A stretch of 26,121 bases of DNA. Origin: Fidelibacterota bacterium (GTDB taxonomy: Bacteria; Fidelibacterota; Marinisomatia; Marinisomatales; JABMOV01). Location of the stretch: NCBI GenBank assembly GCA_046861395.1, contig JBHHUC010000028.1, positions 1-26,121 on the forward strand, given 5' to 3'. The position numbers and the translations under genes are program-made. Positions 7,221 to 17,078 of this stretch are shown one piece after another (position 1 is the first letter of the stretch; every line of letters begins with the position of its first letter). The notes under the pieces are model-generated. The model did no database searches, was not told the DNA's origin, and saw only the letters and a list, made by a program, of their open reading frames with translations.

Positions 7221-9351
7221 AATGAACCGGGAAAAGGATCCCAATTACGTCAGACCCAAACCGCCGACGCGGAAAACTTCCGGCCCATCCCGGAAAAAAC
7301 AGAGAGCCCCCAAGAAAAATCCGGAAAAACGTCCTGATCCGAAAACACAATTTCAATGGCGCCGGGCCGGAAAAACATCCCTGATATGGATTGCATTAAT
7401 TATCGGTGCCATATTCTTGTCCGGATTATTTACTGAAGGGGCTAGAAAAGAGATTGAAATAGAATATCCGCAATATCGGGAATATCTCAGCAAAAAATTG
7501 ATTACGGAAGCTGTCATAAAAGAAACGACCTTCCATGGAAAATTATCCGTACCCCAGACAATCGTAACGGATTTAGGTACGATCGTTGAAGTTACGAATT
7601 TCTATTTGATTTTACCCTTCATCGACCGAAGCGTCATGGATGAATGGGATGCCAAGGGAGTAAAATATACGTTTAAGAAACAGACCATTGAATGGACCGG
7701 CTATTTATTGCAAATGCTCCCCTGGCTGTTGATCATTGGATTCTGGATATTTCTGATGCGTAGGATGCAGGGCGGGGGCGGCGGTATGAAAAATGTCTTC
7801 AATTTCGGTAAAAGTCGTGCCAAAATGATGAGCCTGGACGCCGAAAAGGTGACCTTTGCCGATGTGGCCGGATGTGTGGAAGCAAAAGAAGAATTAAGGG
7901 AAGTGATTGATTTCCTGAAACATCCCAAACGCTTTCAAAAGCTGGGCGCTAAAATCCCTAAAGGTGTGTTGCTGGTGGGACCTCCCGGAACGGGGAAAAC
8001 CCTCCTGGGACGGGCCGTGGCTGGTGAAGCAAATGTTCCCTTTTTCAGTTTGAGTGGGGCGGACTTTGTCGAAATGTTTGTGGGTGTGGGCGCAAGTCGT
8101 GTACGTGATCTGTTCGAACAGGGGAAAAAGCATTCCCCCTGTATCATTTTCATTGATGAACTGGATGCCGTCGGTCGGCAGCGTGGAGCCGGACTGGGGG
8201 GCGGACATGATGAACGGGAACAGACACTGAATCAGTTGTTAGTGGAATTGGACGGGTTTGAACCCAACCAGAATATTATCGTTATGGCCGCCACCAATCG
8301 TCCCGACGTACTGGATTCAGCTTTATTGCGTCCCGGCCGCTTCGATCGGCAGGTGGTGGTGGATGTTCCTGATTTGAAAGGCCGCTTGGGGATTCTGAAA
8401 GTACATGTGAAGAATGTAGTGTATAACCGGCGGAAGGTAAACCTGGAAGCACTGGCCAAAGGAACGCCTGGTATGGTAGGCGCCGATTTGGCCAATATTG
8501 TCAATGAAGCTGCTCTGTTGGCTGCCCGGAAACGAAAACGGGCGGTGGATATGTCTGATTTCGAAGAAGCCAAGGACAAGGTCATGATGGGCGTGCAGCG
8601 AAAGAGTATGATTCTTTCCGAGGAAGAAAAACACACAACAGCCTATCACGAAGCCGGCCATGCCCTGGTTGCCATGAAGACCGTTGGAGCTGATCCAATT
8701 CATAAAGTTTCCATTATTCCCCGCGGTCGTGCCCTGGGGATGACCATGCAATTACCAATCGATGAAAAACACGGATATTCCAAGAAGTACATTGAAGGAC
8801 GCTTGGCCATCATGATGGGCGGACGTGCAGCGGAGCAACTGATATTCAATGAATTAACCACCGGTGCTGGGAACGATATTGAACAGGCAACACAGATTGC
8901 CCGTAGAATGGTATGCGAATGGGGGATGAGTGAGGTGTTGGGTCCCATGACGTTCGGGAAAAAGGATGCTGAAATTTTCTTGGGACGGGAAATTCAAACC
9001 CATCGGGATTACAGTGAAATAACGGCCCGGCAAATTGATGAAGAAGTTGTCCAGATTGTCCGGAAAGCACAGAAAACAGCAGAAGAAATATTAAAGAAAA
9101 ATCAGGATATTTTACATCGTATTGCTGAAGAATTACTGAAATTGGAGACGATAGACGCCCGCGATCTGGAAAACATTATTTCAGGAAAATCGGTGCGCCG
9201 ACAACGAACCAGACCCGCGAAGCGCCGTCGTCGCCCCACCGGAACCAAGCATAATTTGCATAAGAAAGCGGACAATAAAAAAACCGTTCCGCCGCGGAAA
9301 AAACATGAGAATGAGAAGAAAAATAAGGTAACAAAGACCGTTGAATCATAA
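7213..9351 (+). CDS. ftsH: ATP-dependent zinc metalloprotease FtsH
   Basis: Two TMs, Walker A GPPGTGKT, pore motif FVEMFVG, Walker [32 protein letters not shown], zinc motif HEAGH. Start uncertain (TTG 7210, ATG 7213 or ATG 7222). Confidence 0.97.
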   Translation: MIKMNREKDPNYVRPKPPTRKTSGPSRKKQRAPKKNPEKRPDPKTQFQWRRAGKTSLIWIALIIGAIFLSGLFTEGARKEIEIEYPQYREYLSKKLITEAVIKETTFHGKLSVPQTIVTDLGTIVEVTNFYLILPFIDRSVMDEWDAKGVKYTFKKQTIEWTGYLLQMLPWLLIIGFWIFLMRRMQGGGGGMKNVFNFGKSRAKMMSLDAEKVTFADVAGCVEAKEELREVIDFLKHPKRFQKLGAKIPKGVLLVGPPGTGKTLLGRAVAGEANVPFFSLSGADFVEMFVGVGASRVRDLFEQGKKHSPCIIFIDELDAVGRQRGAGLGGGHDEREQTLNQLLVELDGFEPNQNIIVMAATNRPDVLDSALLRPGRFDRQVVVDVPDLKGRLGILKVHVKNVVYNRRKVNLEALAKGTPGMVGADLANIVNEAALLAARKRKRAVDMSDFEEAKDKVMMGVQRKSMILSEEEKHTTAYHEAGHALVAMKTVGADPIHKVSIIPRGRALGMTMQLPIDEKHGYSKKYIEGRLAIMMGGRAAEQLIFNELTTGAGNDIEQATQIARRMVCEWGMSEVLGPMTFGKKDAEIFLGREIQTHRDYSEITARQIDEEVVQIVRKAQKTAEEILKKNQDILHRIAEELLKLETIDARDLENIISGKSVRRQRTRPAKRRRRPTGTKHNLHKKADNKKTVPPRKKHENEKKNKVTKTVES

Positions 9352-10177
9352 GGAATTCATTTCCTGGATAAACGCACCCGTTAAACGACCTTTGGTCATG
9401 GGCATCGTAAATACAACCCCCGACTCTTTTAGTGACGGGGGTTTGTTTATTGATCCGCAACGGGCTCTGTCCCATGCCCTGGACATGATTGCGGCCGGGG
9501 CCGATATCATCGATATTGGCGGTGAATCTTCCCGTCCCGGGGCCGATTCGGTGTCAAGTGAAATTGAGTCGGAACGGGTATTGCCGGTTGTCCGGCTATT
9601 ACGGGCTGCTGACGATGTGTGTATTTCGATCGACACGGTTAAGCCGGATGTCGCTCAACAGGCCTTGGAGGCCGGTGCTACCATGATAAACGATATTTCC
9701 GGTTGTCGGGACAGGGATATGATCCGGATCGTGAAAGATCACGGGGTCCCCGTTATCATTATGCACATGAAAGGGACGCCCAAGGATATGCAGAAAAATC
9801 CGGTGTATGAAGATGTCATCGAAGAGATAAAAACGTATCTGTCACGGCGTATTGATGACCTGATAACGGGCGGTGTCCCGGCCCACCATATCATCGTGGA
9901 TCCGGGGATTGGATTCGGCAAATCGGTAGCGGATAATTTTACCCTGTTGCGGCGTCTGTCTGAATTACAGAGTCTGGATAAACCCATTTTGATCGGGCCA
10001 TCGCGTAAATCCTTTATTGGGATGACCCTGAATCTGCCTCCCGAGGACAGGCTGGAAGGAACCATTGCCGCCACGGTGGCCGGTGTATTGCAAGGAGCCC
10101 GGATTGTTCGGGTCCATGATGTAAAGGCCGTAAAGCGAGCCCTGGTGATTACGGAAAAACTCATTCCCGTGGCGTGA
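9341..10177 (+). CDS. folP: Dihydropteroate synthase
   Basis: [53 protein letters not shown] and RVHDV. TTG start overlapping the end of ftsH. Confidence 0.96.
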   Translation: MNHKEFISWINAPVKRPLVMGIVNTTPDSFSDGGLFIDPQRALSHALDMIAAGADIIDIGGESSRPGADSVSSEIESERVLPVVRLLRAADDVCISIDTVKPDVAQQALEAGATMINDISGCRDRDMIRIVKDHGVPVIIMHMKGTPKDMQKNPVYEDVIEEIKTYLSRRIDDLITGGVPAHHIIVDPGIGFGKSVADNFTLLRRLSELQSLDKPILIGPSRKSFIGMTLNLPPEDRLEGTIAATVAGVLQGARIVRVHDVKAVKRALVITEKLIPVA

Positions 10178-10248
10178 GACAACTTTATGGAATATTCGTC
10201 GCGGAATTCTTGAATTGTCGTTAATTTTCCAACCGAAGTAACCGCCTT

Positions 10249-11025
10249 ATGACAATATTCAAAATAGGATTTCTAAGCGTTACGCTACTGGATATCATTG
10301 ATTTAATCCTGGTAAGCTGGATTTTCTTCAAGGTATATCATTATTTCCGGGGCACACGGGCCGGCCAGATGCTGGTGGGGCTGATCATTTTATTGATTTC
10401 ATCCTTTGTCTTCAATGCCTTTGGTTTGAGTGCCACATCCTGGCTGGTGAATCAATTTCAGACCGTGTGGGTCGTGGCCTTTGTCATTTTATTCCAACCT
10501 GAGATTCGGCGACTGCTGATCTACGTGGGGCAGCACCGGTTCTTCCGCCGAATCTTTCGCGTCGGCTCCTCCAAAACCATCGAAGCCATTGTGGAAGCCA
10601 CAAAAGCACTTCTGGAAAACGGGTGGGGTGCCCTGATCGTCATTCAGCGGGAGACCGGATTGCGCAGTTATAAAGAAGAAGGCATGGATCTGAAAGCCGA
10701 AGTCACGGCTCCGTTGCTTATTTCAATATTTAATCCCACGTCCCCCATGCATGACGGGGCCGTGATTATTCAAAATGATATTATTGAAGCGGCCAGCTGC
10801 ATTTTACCATTGACGGAAAGTACGATGGTCGATCCCACCATGGGGACACGTCATCGGGCGGCCCTGGGTCTTTCGGAAGAAACGGATGCCATTGTCATCG
10901 TCGTTTCAGAAGAGCGAAACCATATTGGCATTGCCGAAGGCGGCCATTTTGTCAAAGTGGGTATCGATGAACTGGCTCTCCGTCGTTATTTGAATGAAAA
11001 ACTCTTTATTTCTTCGGGGGACTGA
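10249..11025 (+). CDS. cdaA: Diadenylate cyclase CdaA (DacA), 3-TM membrane type
   Basis: Three N-terminal TMs, ILFQPEIRR, DAC motifs HDGA and GTRHRAALG, VVSEE. Follows folP as in the conserved cluster. Confidence 0.94.
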   Translation: MTIFKIGFLSVTLLDIIDLILVSWIFFKVYHYFRGTRAGQMLVGLIILLISSFVFNAFGLSATSWLVNQFQTVWVVAFVILFQPEIRRLLIYVGQHRFFRRIFRVGSSKTIEAIVEATKALLENGWGALIVIQRETGLRSYKEEGMDLKAEVTAPLLISIFNPTSPMHDGAVIIQNDIIEAASCILPLTESTMVDPTMGTRHRAALGLSEETDAIVIVVSEERNHIGIAEGGHFVKVGIDELALRRYLNEKLFISSGD

Positions 11026-11441
11026 TGACAGACGCATTTTTCCTGGAAAAGCTGATGCAATCCGGTAAAAACACCATGCTGGATCATCTGGGGATTGAAT
11101 TCATTACGTTGACACATGAACTGGTATCGGCGAAAATGCCGGTTGATGCACGCACCGTTCAGCCCTACGGAATTTTACATGGCGGTGCCAGTGCCGCTCT
11201 TGCGGAAACACTGGGCAGTGTAGGTGCCATTGTGAATGTGGATCCGGAGACGACTACGGTGGTGGGTACAAATCTGACAATTAATCATATCCGCTCAGCC
11301 CGGGACGGCTGGGTGACGGGAGAAGCAGTTCCCATTCATATTGGACTCCGATCTCAGGTCTGGTCGATTCAAATTAGAGACGATGAAAACCGATTGATCA
11401 GTGATGCCCGGTTAACACTGGCTATTTTACCCCGGAAATGA
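11025..11441 (+). CDS. menI: PaaI-family hotdog thioesterase, probable 1,4-dihydroxy-2-naphthoyl-CoA hydrolase (MenI/YdiI-like)
   Basis: MPVD.RT.QPYGILHGGASAALAET.GS, INHIRS..G.V, P.H.G...QVW. First gene of the men cluster. Confidence 0.82.
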   Translation: MTDAFFLEKLMQSGKNTMLDHLGIEFITLTHELVSAKMPVDARTVQPYGILHGGASAALAETLGSVGAIVNVDPETTTVVGTNLTINHIRSARDGWVTGEAVPIHIGLRSQVWSIQIRDDENRLISDARLTLAILPRK

Positions 11442-12631
11442 TGTCAGAAATTCTACTCAACCGCAATGCGACTGTGGCCGGTACGCAAGTTATCGATTCA
11501 TTGCTGACTGCAGCTGTTCGGCAGGAAGGTGCGGTGGCCTTTTGGCATGCTCCTCAAGGGAATAAAATCCATGTCATCTATGCCAGCCGGGGACGGTTGA
11601 AAAAACCCATTGTATTGGAGGAAACCCGAACCGGGTTTGTCCTTCATCCTTTCCGGGAGATTGGAGACAGCCCCTCCTGGTTTATCCCCGGTGAACTGAC
11701 TTTTTCCTGGTCAGCCGGAGACGATGAAATCCAGTGGTCGGAATCTATCACAGCCCTGCAAGAGGACCACAAGGGGGAAGCTGTTTGGCACTCGGCCCCG
11801 GAGATTCCCGAAAACCCTTCCGGTCAGAAAGCAGAATTTCTGCGATTGGTAAACCAGGGACTAAGCGCCATCGCCGCCGACCGTTTTGCAAAAGTTATCG
11901 TGGCCCGGACCAAGCAACGTCATCTGGGACCGCAGTTTTCGCCGGGACAATTATTCCATCGTCTGATCCGGAAATATCCCGGAGCCTATGTTTCCTGTGT
12001 TTCCCATCCTGAATTGGGCACCTGGCTGGGTGCCAGTCCCGAACTTTTATTGGAAATTGATGACAATCATATGTTCTATACCATGGCCTTGGCCGGCACA
12101 CAACCGGCAAATATATCCCGTGATCCGTCACAGGCTAGCTGGACCCAGAAGGAGATAGAGGAACAGGCGATGGTAAGCCGGTTCATTATTAATCAGTTTA
12201 AGAAAATCAGAGTGCGGGAATTTGAGGAAACGGGACCACAGACGGTTCTGGCAGGAAATGTCATGCATTTATGCACCGATTATACCGTCAACATGAAAGA
12301 AGTCCGGTTTCCGCAACTGGGAACGGTGATGATGCGATTGTTACATCCGACCTCGGCAGTCTGTGGTATGCCCAAACTGCCGGCTCGGGAATTTATCCTG
12401 ACCCACGAATCCTTTGATCGGGGCCTGTACAGCGGATTCTCCGGTCCTGTGAATTATAAAGGTAAATCCCGACTGTATGTAAACTTGCGTACCATGAGTC
12501 TTACGAACCATACTGCAACAATTTTTGCCGGAAATGGCATCACACATGATTCGATTCCGGAACAGGAATGGCAGGAAACTGAGTTGAAATGTGATACCAT
12601 CCTGCAAGTCCTGGAACCCGATGCAATTTGA
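11438..12631 (+). CDS. menF: Isochorismate synthase (menaquinone-specific)
   Basis: Chorismate-binding domain motifs KVIVAR, WLGASPELL, ALAGT, KEIEEQ, LHPTSAVCG.P, RGLYSG, VNLR, AGNGI..DS.PE.EW.ET..K. Located in the men cluster. Confidence 0.9.
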   Translation: MMSEILLNRNATVAGTQVIDSLLTAAVRQEGAVAFWHAPQGNKIHVIYASRGRLKKPIVLEETRTGFVLHPFREIGDSPSWFIPGELTFSWSAGDDEIQWSESITALQEDHKGEAVWHSAPEIPENPSGQKAEFLRLVNQGLSAIAADRFAKVIVARTKQRHLGPQFSPGQLFHRLIRKYPGAYVSCVSHPELGTWLGASPELLLEIDDNHMFYTMALAGTQPANISRDPSQASWTQKEIEEQAMVSRFIINQFKKIRVREFEETGPQTVLAGNVMHLCTDYTVNMKEVRFPQLGTVMMRLLHPTSAVCGMPKLPAREFILTHESFDRGLYSGFSGPVNYKGKSRLYVNLRTMSLTNHTATIFAGNGITHDSIPEQEWQETELKCDTILQVLEPDAI

Positions 12632-14282
12632 ATCCCTGCAACGACTGGCGGCTCTGAGTGCAGCGCGGGGAATCCACCAGGCGGTCATTTCTCCCGGTTC
12701 GCGATCGGCCTTAATTGCCGTTGCATTTTCCCGTCATCCTGATATACATGTTGAAGTCGTCAATGATGAACGATCCGCGGCCTACATTGCTATAGGGATG
12801 GCACAAACCCTGGGTCAGCCGGTTGTTTTAATCTGCACGTCCGGAACGGCCGCACTGAATTACGGCCCCGCTGTGGCAGAAGCCCGGTTTCAGCAAATTC
12901 CCCTGCTCATTCTGACCGCCGACCGCCCTCCGCAATTTCTGGGGCGGGATGACGGACAAATGATATATCAGGATGACCTCTACGGTCGTCATGTAAAATA
13001 TTTCACATCCCTACCGGTCTATATGGCCCGGGATAAGATACAAACGATTCAAGATAAATTCACTACTGCCGTCAATCATGTTTTTAACCGACCGGCAGGC
13101 CCGGTTCATTGTAACATACCTATTGCCGAACCTTTTTACCCGGAAATTGATGCATTACAGAAAGATCAACCCAAGTTTGAGGCCATACAAAACGTCATTC
13201 CCGACCAACCGGCTGATGATACATGGACCGGCCGGCTTCAACACTATCGAAAAATACTGATTCTGATCGCCCGGCAGGAACCGAATCGGCAATTGCAAAA
13301 TGCCTTGACAGGGATAAAGAACATTCCCATGATAGTGGAATGCACCAGCAATATTTTTGGTCATCCGTCCAGTGTACCCTTCCCCGATATATTTTTCCGT
13401 AATTATAAGTCCCATGATTATCAGGATTACCGACCGGATTTACTTATTACCGTGGGCAGCCAAATTATTTCCCGGCCACTGAAAACCGTTATCCGTTCTT
13501 GGTCGGACTTTGATCACTGGCATATTCAGCCGGCCGGAGATCCTGCCGATGTTTTCTTTTCCGACCCGGAATTAATTGCTGCCGAACCAGAGGTCTTTTT
13601 TTCCATTCTGGCAGAAAATCTGCCCCCGGTTGACAAGGTGTATTTCCAACGATGGCAAAAAGAAGCGGTGATGATTCATGATCGGTTGGACAATCAGTGG
13701 CAAACAGATACAGCTTGGAACGAATATATGGTTACGAGGCAGTTGGTCGTTCATCTTCTGGACGAAACCGTTCTTCATCTGGGTAACAGTATGCCCGTTC
13801 GCTGGGCCAATCTTTGTGCTATCCCGCCGGGGATCGCCGTGTACAGCAACCGAGGCACATCAGGTATCGATGGCGTTCTTAGTACAGCCGTAGGTCAGGC
13901 CTTGGCGGACAACCGACAACATGTTGTCCTAATAGGTGACATCTCATTTTTCTATGACCGAAATGCCCTGTGGCTGAAGTCCATCCCAGAAAATCTCCGT
14001 ATCATTGTACTGAATAATGGCGGTGGCGGAATCTTTTCCCTGATTGACGGCCCTTCCCGGTTACCTGAATTGCAGGAATTATTTGTAACTTATCAGACGG
14101 CCAGCGTCCGGTCCCTGGCAGATGAATATGGTATTCCATATCGGTGCGTAACACGTCGCTCTGATTGTAAGGCGGCCATGGCGTGGATAACGGAGGCACG
14201 AAAGGAATGCCGGATTATGGAAGCAAAGGTGGCTGTTCGGGAGAACCAGCGAATCTACCAAAACTTGATGGAAATGGATTAA
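12621..14282 (+). CDS. menD: SEPHCHC synthase
   Basis: [52 protein letters not shown] motif GDISFFYD...NNGGGGIF. Start placed at ATG 12621. Confidence 0.95.
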   Translation: MQFESLQRLAALSAARGIHQAVISPGSRSALIAVAFSRHPDIHVEVVNDERSAAYIAIGMAQTLGQPVVLICTSGTAALNYGPAVAEARFQQIPLLILTADRPPQFLGRDDGQMIYQDDLYGRHVKYFTSLPVYMARDKIQTIQDKFTTAVNHVFNRPAGPVHCNIPIAEPFYPEIDALQKDQPKFEAIQNVIPDQPADDTWTGRLQHYRKILILIARQEPNRQLQNALTGIKNIPMIVECTSNIFGHPSSVPFPDIFFRNYKSHDYQDYRPDLLITVGSQIISRPLKTVIRSWSDFDHWHIQPAGDPADVFFSDPELIAAEPEVFFSILAENLPPVDKVYFQRWQKEAVMIHDRLDNQWQTDTAWNEYMVTRQLVVHLLDETVLHLGNSMPVRWANLCAIPPGIAVYSNRGTSGIDGVLSTAVGQALADNRQHVVLIGDISFFYDRNALWLKSIPENLRIIVLNNGGGGIFSLIDGPSRLPELQELFVTYQTASVRSLADEYGIPYRCVTRRSDCKAAMAWITEARKECRIMEAKVAVRENQRIYQNLMEMD

Positions 14283-14284
14283 CA

Positions 14285-15106
14285 ATGCAAGCAATACCGT
14301 GGAAACCAATTAAAGAATATGAGCAAATTCTCTTTGCCGAGTATGAGGGAATAGCAAAAATCAGCATCAATCGCCCTCAGGTACATAATGCATTTACTCC
14401 CCAGACCGTTAAAGAGATGATCAATGCCATGGAATACTGCCGCGAGAACGGTGATATTTCGGTTATTATTTTGACCGGTGAAGGGGGAAAGGCTTTTTGC
14501 AGTGGCGGTGACCAGAGTGTCCGGGGTCATGGCGGGTACGTGGGTACTGACCAAGTTCCCCGGCTCAATGTCCTTGATTTGCAGAAATTGATTCGGTCCA
14601 TCCCCAAACCGGTGATTGCCATGGTAGCCGGCTGGGCCATCGGTGGCGGGCATGTCCTCCATGTGGTTTGCGATTTGACAATTGCAGCGGAAAATGCCCG
14701 GTTTGGTCAAACCGGACCGAAAGTGGGATCATTTGACGGTGGATTCGGCGCATCCTATCTGGCTCGGATTGTGGGACAAAAAAAAGCACGGGAAATCTGG
14801 TTCCTTTGTGATCAGTATGATGCCCGTGAGGCCTTGGAAATGGGACTGGTCAATAAGGTTGTTCCCTTGGAGGAACTGGAGGAGGAAACTATTCGCTGGT
14901 GTCGGAAAATTAAGGAGCGATCTCCACTGGCTCTGCGCATGCTGAAATCGGCCTTCAACGCAGAACTGGACGGCCAGGCCGGTCTCCAGGAATTGGCCGG
15001 GAATGCAACCCTTTTATATTATTTGACGGATGAAGCCAAGGAAGGTAAAAATGCGTTTCTTGAAAAACGGAAACCGGATTTTAAAAAATATCCCAAATTT
15101 CCCTAA
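14285..15106 (+). CDS. menB: 1,4-dihydroxy-2-naphthoyl-CoA synthase
   Basis: [43 protein letters not shown]-terminal [13 protein letters not shown]. Start placed at ATG 14285 (273 aa). Confidence 0.97.
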   Translation: MQAIPWKPIKEYEQILFAEYEGIAKISINRPQVHNAFTPQTVKEMINAMEYCRENGDISVIILTGEGGKAFCSGGDQSVRGHGGYVGTDQVPRLNVLDLQKLIRSIPKPVIAMVAGWAIGGGHVLHVVCDLTIAAENARFGQTGPKVGSFDGGFGASYLARIVGQKKAREIWFLCDQYDAREALEMGLVNKVVPLEELEEETIRWCRKIKERSPLALRMLKSAFNAELDGQAGLQELAGNATLLYYLTDEAKEGKNAFLEKRKPDFKKYPKFP

Positions 15107-15115
15107 TTGTCCGGC

Positions 15116-16012
15116 ATGAACCTGAAATACTGGTTAACCGCTTTTCGGCTCCGGACTTTGCCGCTGGCATTTTCATCTATCATTATGGGCGGTAGTCTGG
15201 CCTGGTATGATGGTTATTTCAATATTATTATTTTTCTGCTGGCCCTGATTACCACCCTGTGCCTGCAAATCCTGGCTAACCTCGCAAATGATTACGGTGA
15301 CTTCGTTCATGGGGCCGACCATTCCGGGAGAGTAGGGCCCGGACGCATGATGCAGCAGGGGTATATCACGGCGGCCCAGATGAAAGTTGCGATCTGGGTT
15401 TTTATCGTTATTTCATCTATATTCGGTGTAACACTCATTGTGTTTAGTATTGGGGATCATTACCAGGCCGGGATTCCCATTGCTCTATTGGGGTTGTTAT
15501 CGATTGGGGCGGCCGTTGCCTATACCATGGGAAAACGTCCCTACGGTTATATGGGTCTGGGTGATATAATGGTATTTTGTTTTTTTGGTCTGGTGGGTGT
15601 TGTCGGAAGTTATTTTCTCTATTATTTGGATCTGAAAGGAGAAATCTTTCTCCCGGCCGCGGCAATTGGACTTCTGGCAACAGGTGTGCTGAATATTAAT
15701 AATATCAGGGATATGGCCCAAGATGAGCAGTCTGGAAAATTTACATTGGCGGTGAAGCTGGGAGCGACCGGAGCCCGCATCTATCATTTAGCTCTCATTC
15801 TCACATCCGCTCTTTTATTATCCGTCTATACCTGGAATTATATTGACAGTGCCTATCGCATGTTATTTTTCATCCTGTATCCGACCCTCATTCTACATGC
15901 CATTCGCGTGTACCAGACCAGGGATGAAACCAGGCTCGATCCCTATTTGAAATCGTTATCCCTGCTGACATTTTTTCTGACCATTATTTACTGGGCCGGT
16001 CTGGCGCTATAA
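15116..16012 (+). CDS. menA: 1,4-dihydroxy-2-naphthoate prenyltransferase
   Basis: W..A.R.RTLP, Asp-rich NLANDYGD..G.D and NINNIRD..QD..GK.TL motifs, YT.G..PYGY.GLGD. Start is ATG 15116 or TTG 15107. Confidence 0.94.
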   Translation: MNLKYWLTAFRLRTLPLAFSSIIMGGSLAWYDGYFNIIIFLLALITTLCLQILANLANDYGDFVHGADHSGRVGPGRMMQQGYITAAQMKVAIWVFIVISSIFGVTLIVFSIGDHYQAGIPIALLGLLSIGAAVAYTMGKRPYGYMGLGDIMVFCFFGLVGVVGSYFLYYLDLKGEIFLPAAAIGLLATGVLNINNIRDMAQDEQSGKFTLAVKLGATGARIYHLALILTSALLLSVYTWNYIDSAYRMLFFILYPTLILHAIRVYQTRDETRLDPYLKSLSLLTFFLTIIYWAGLAL

Positions 16013-16013
16013 C

Positions 16014-17063
16014 ATGGGTTTTTCCTGGACGAAGTACCGGTTACGGTTTATTCGCCCGGCAGGTACATCCCGGGGGACCCTACAAGTGCGCGATACTTGG
16101 TTTCTAAAATTTGAAAAAGACGGTCGAATCGGAATCGGGGAAGCGGCACCTTTGTGGGGTTTGAGCCGGGAACCAAAAGAAAGCTTTGAAAAACGTGTGC
16201 GACAGTTTTGCGAAACGGCTGATGCCGATGTCGGATTTCCCCCCAATGAAATGCAGGACAATCCGGCCCTGAAATGTGCAATAGAAACAGCGCAGATCGA
16301 TTGGGAAACGGGGGGACAAAAGCTTCTTTTCGAAAGTCCCTTCATCCGCAGAGAAACTGGTATACCCATAAACGGTTTGATCTGGATGGGGAATTCGGCT
16401 TTTTTACGGAAACAATTGGCTGAAAAAGTGGCCCGAGGATTCACAGTTTTGAAATTGAAAATTGGAGCCCTTGATTTTGAGATGGAACTGGATATTCTCC
16501 TGTTTATCCGAAACGAATTCAGTCCTGATCTGGAAATCAGACTGGACGCCAATGGTGCTTTTTCGTCCCAGGAAGCATTAGAAAAATTAGATAGGCTGGC
16601 CGTGTTCAATATTCATTCTATTGAACAGCCAATCCGACCGGGACAGGTGAAAGAAATGCAAAAAATATGCAATGCATCTCCCATACCCGTCGCATTGGAT
16701 GAAGAACTCATTGCCATTACAGATGAGAAAGCGAAACGGGAAATGTTGGACTTTATTTCACCGGCCTATATTATTCTTAAACCATCTTTGCTGGGAGGTT
16801 TCAGGATGTCTGAAAAATGGATTCGAATGGCTGAATCATTGAAAATCGGATGGTGGATTACATCGGCCCTGGAATCCAATATCGGTTTAAACGCCATCGC
16901 CCAGTGGACGGCATCCCTGGGAAGCAACCGCACACAGGGGCTGGGAACAGGAAGTCTATATACCAACAATATACCCTCGCCCTTGACGATAATCAGGAAT
17001 AAGCTATTTTATGGCACGAATCCTTGGTGTGATTTATCCGGGTTGACTTGGAAAAAAGGATAA
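16014..17063 (+). CDS. menC: o-succinylbenzoate synthase
   Basis: Enolase superfamily motifs KLK, RLDANG, IEQP, ALDE, ILKP, SALES. AGTSRG near the N-terminus as in Bacteroidetes MenC. Located in the men cluster. Confidence 0.9.
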   Translation: MGFSWTKYRLRFIRPAGTSRGTLQVRDTWFLKFEKDGRIGIGEAAPLWGLSREPKESFEKRVRQFCETADADVGFPPNEMQDNPALKCAIETAQIDWETGGQKLLFESPFIRRETGIPINGLIWMGNSAFLRKQLAEKVARGFTVLKLKIGALDFEMELDILLFIRNEFSPDLEIRLDANGAFSSQEALEKLDRLAVFNIHSIEQPIRPGQVKEMQKICNASPIPVALDEELIAITDEKAKREMLDFISPAYIILKPSLLGGFRMSEKWIRMAESLKIGWWITSALESNIGLNAIAQWTASLGSNRTQGLGTGSLYTNNIPSPLTIIRNKLFYGTNPWCDLSGLTWKKG

Positions 17064-17078
17064 ACAAGTAGAATTACA

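Noticed and set aside
7701..9070. Several antisense ORFs within ftsH (and similar ones throughout the window)
   Set aside because: They are shadow ORFs opposite highly conserved genes, with no recognisable motifs.
14183..14284. Extended N-terminus of menB (similarly hpt 6639 and menD 12591)
   Set aside because: These overlap the upstream genes. Downstream ATGs give typical lengths and tight junctions.
16007..16609. 200-aa minus-strand ORF
   Set aside because: It is exactly antisense to menC, Ser/Phe-rich, and lacks domain features.
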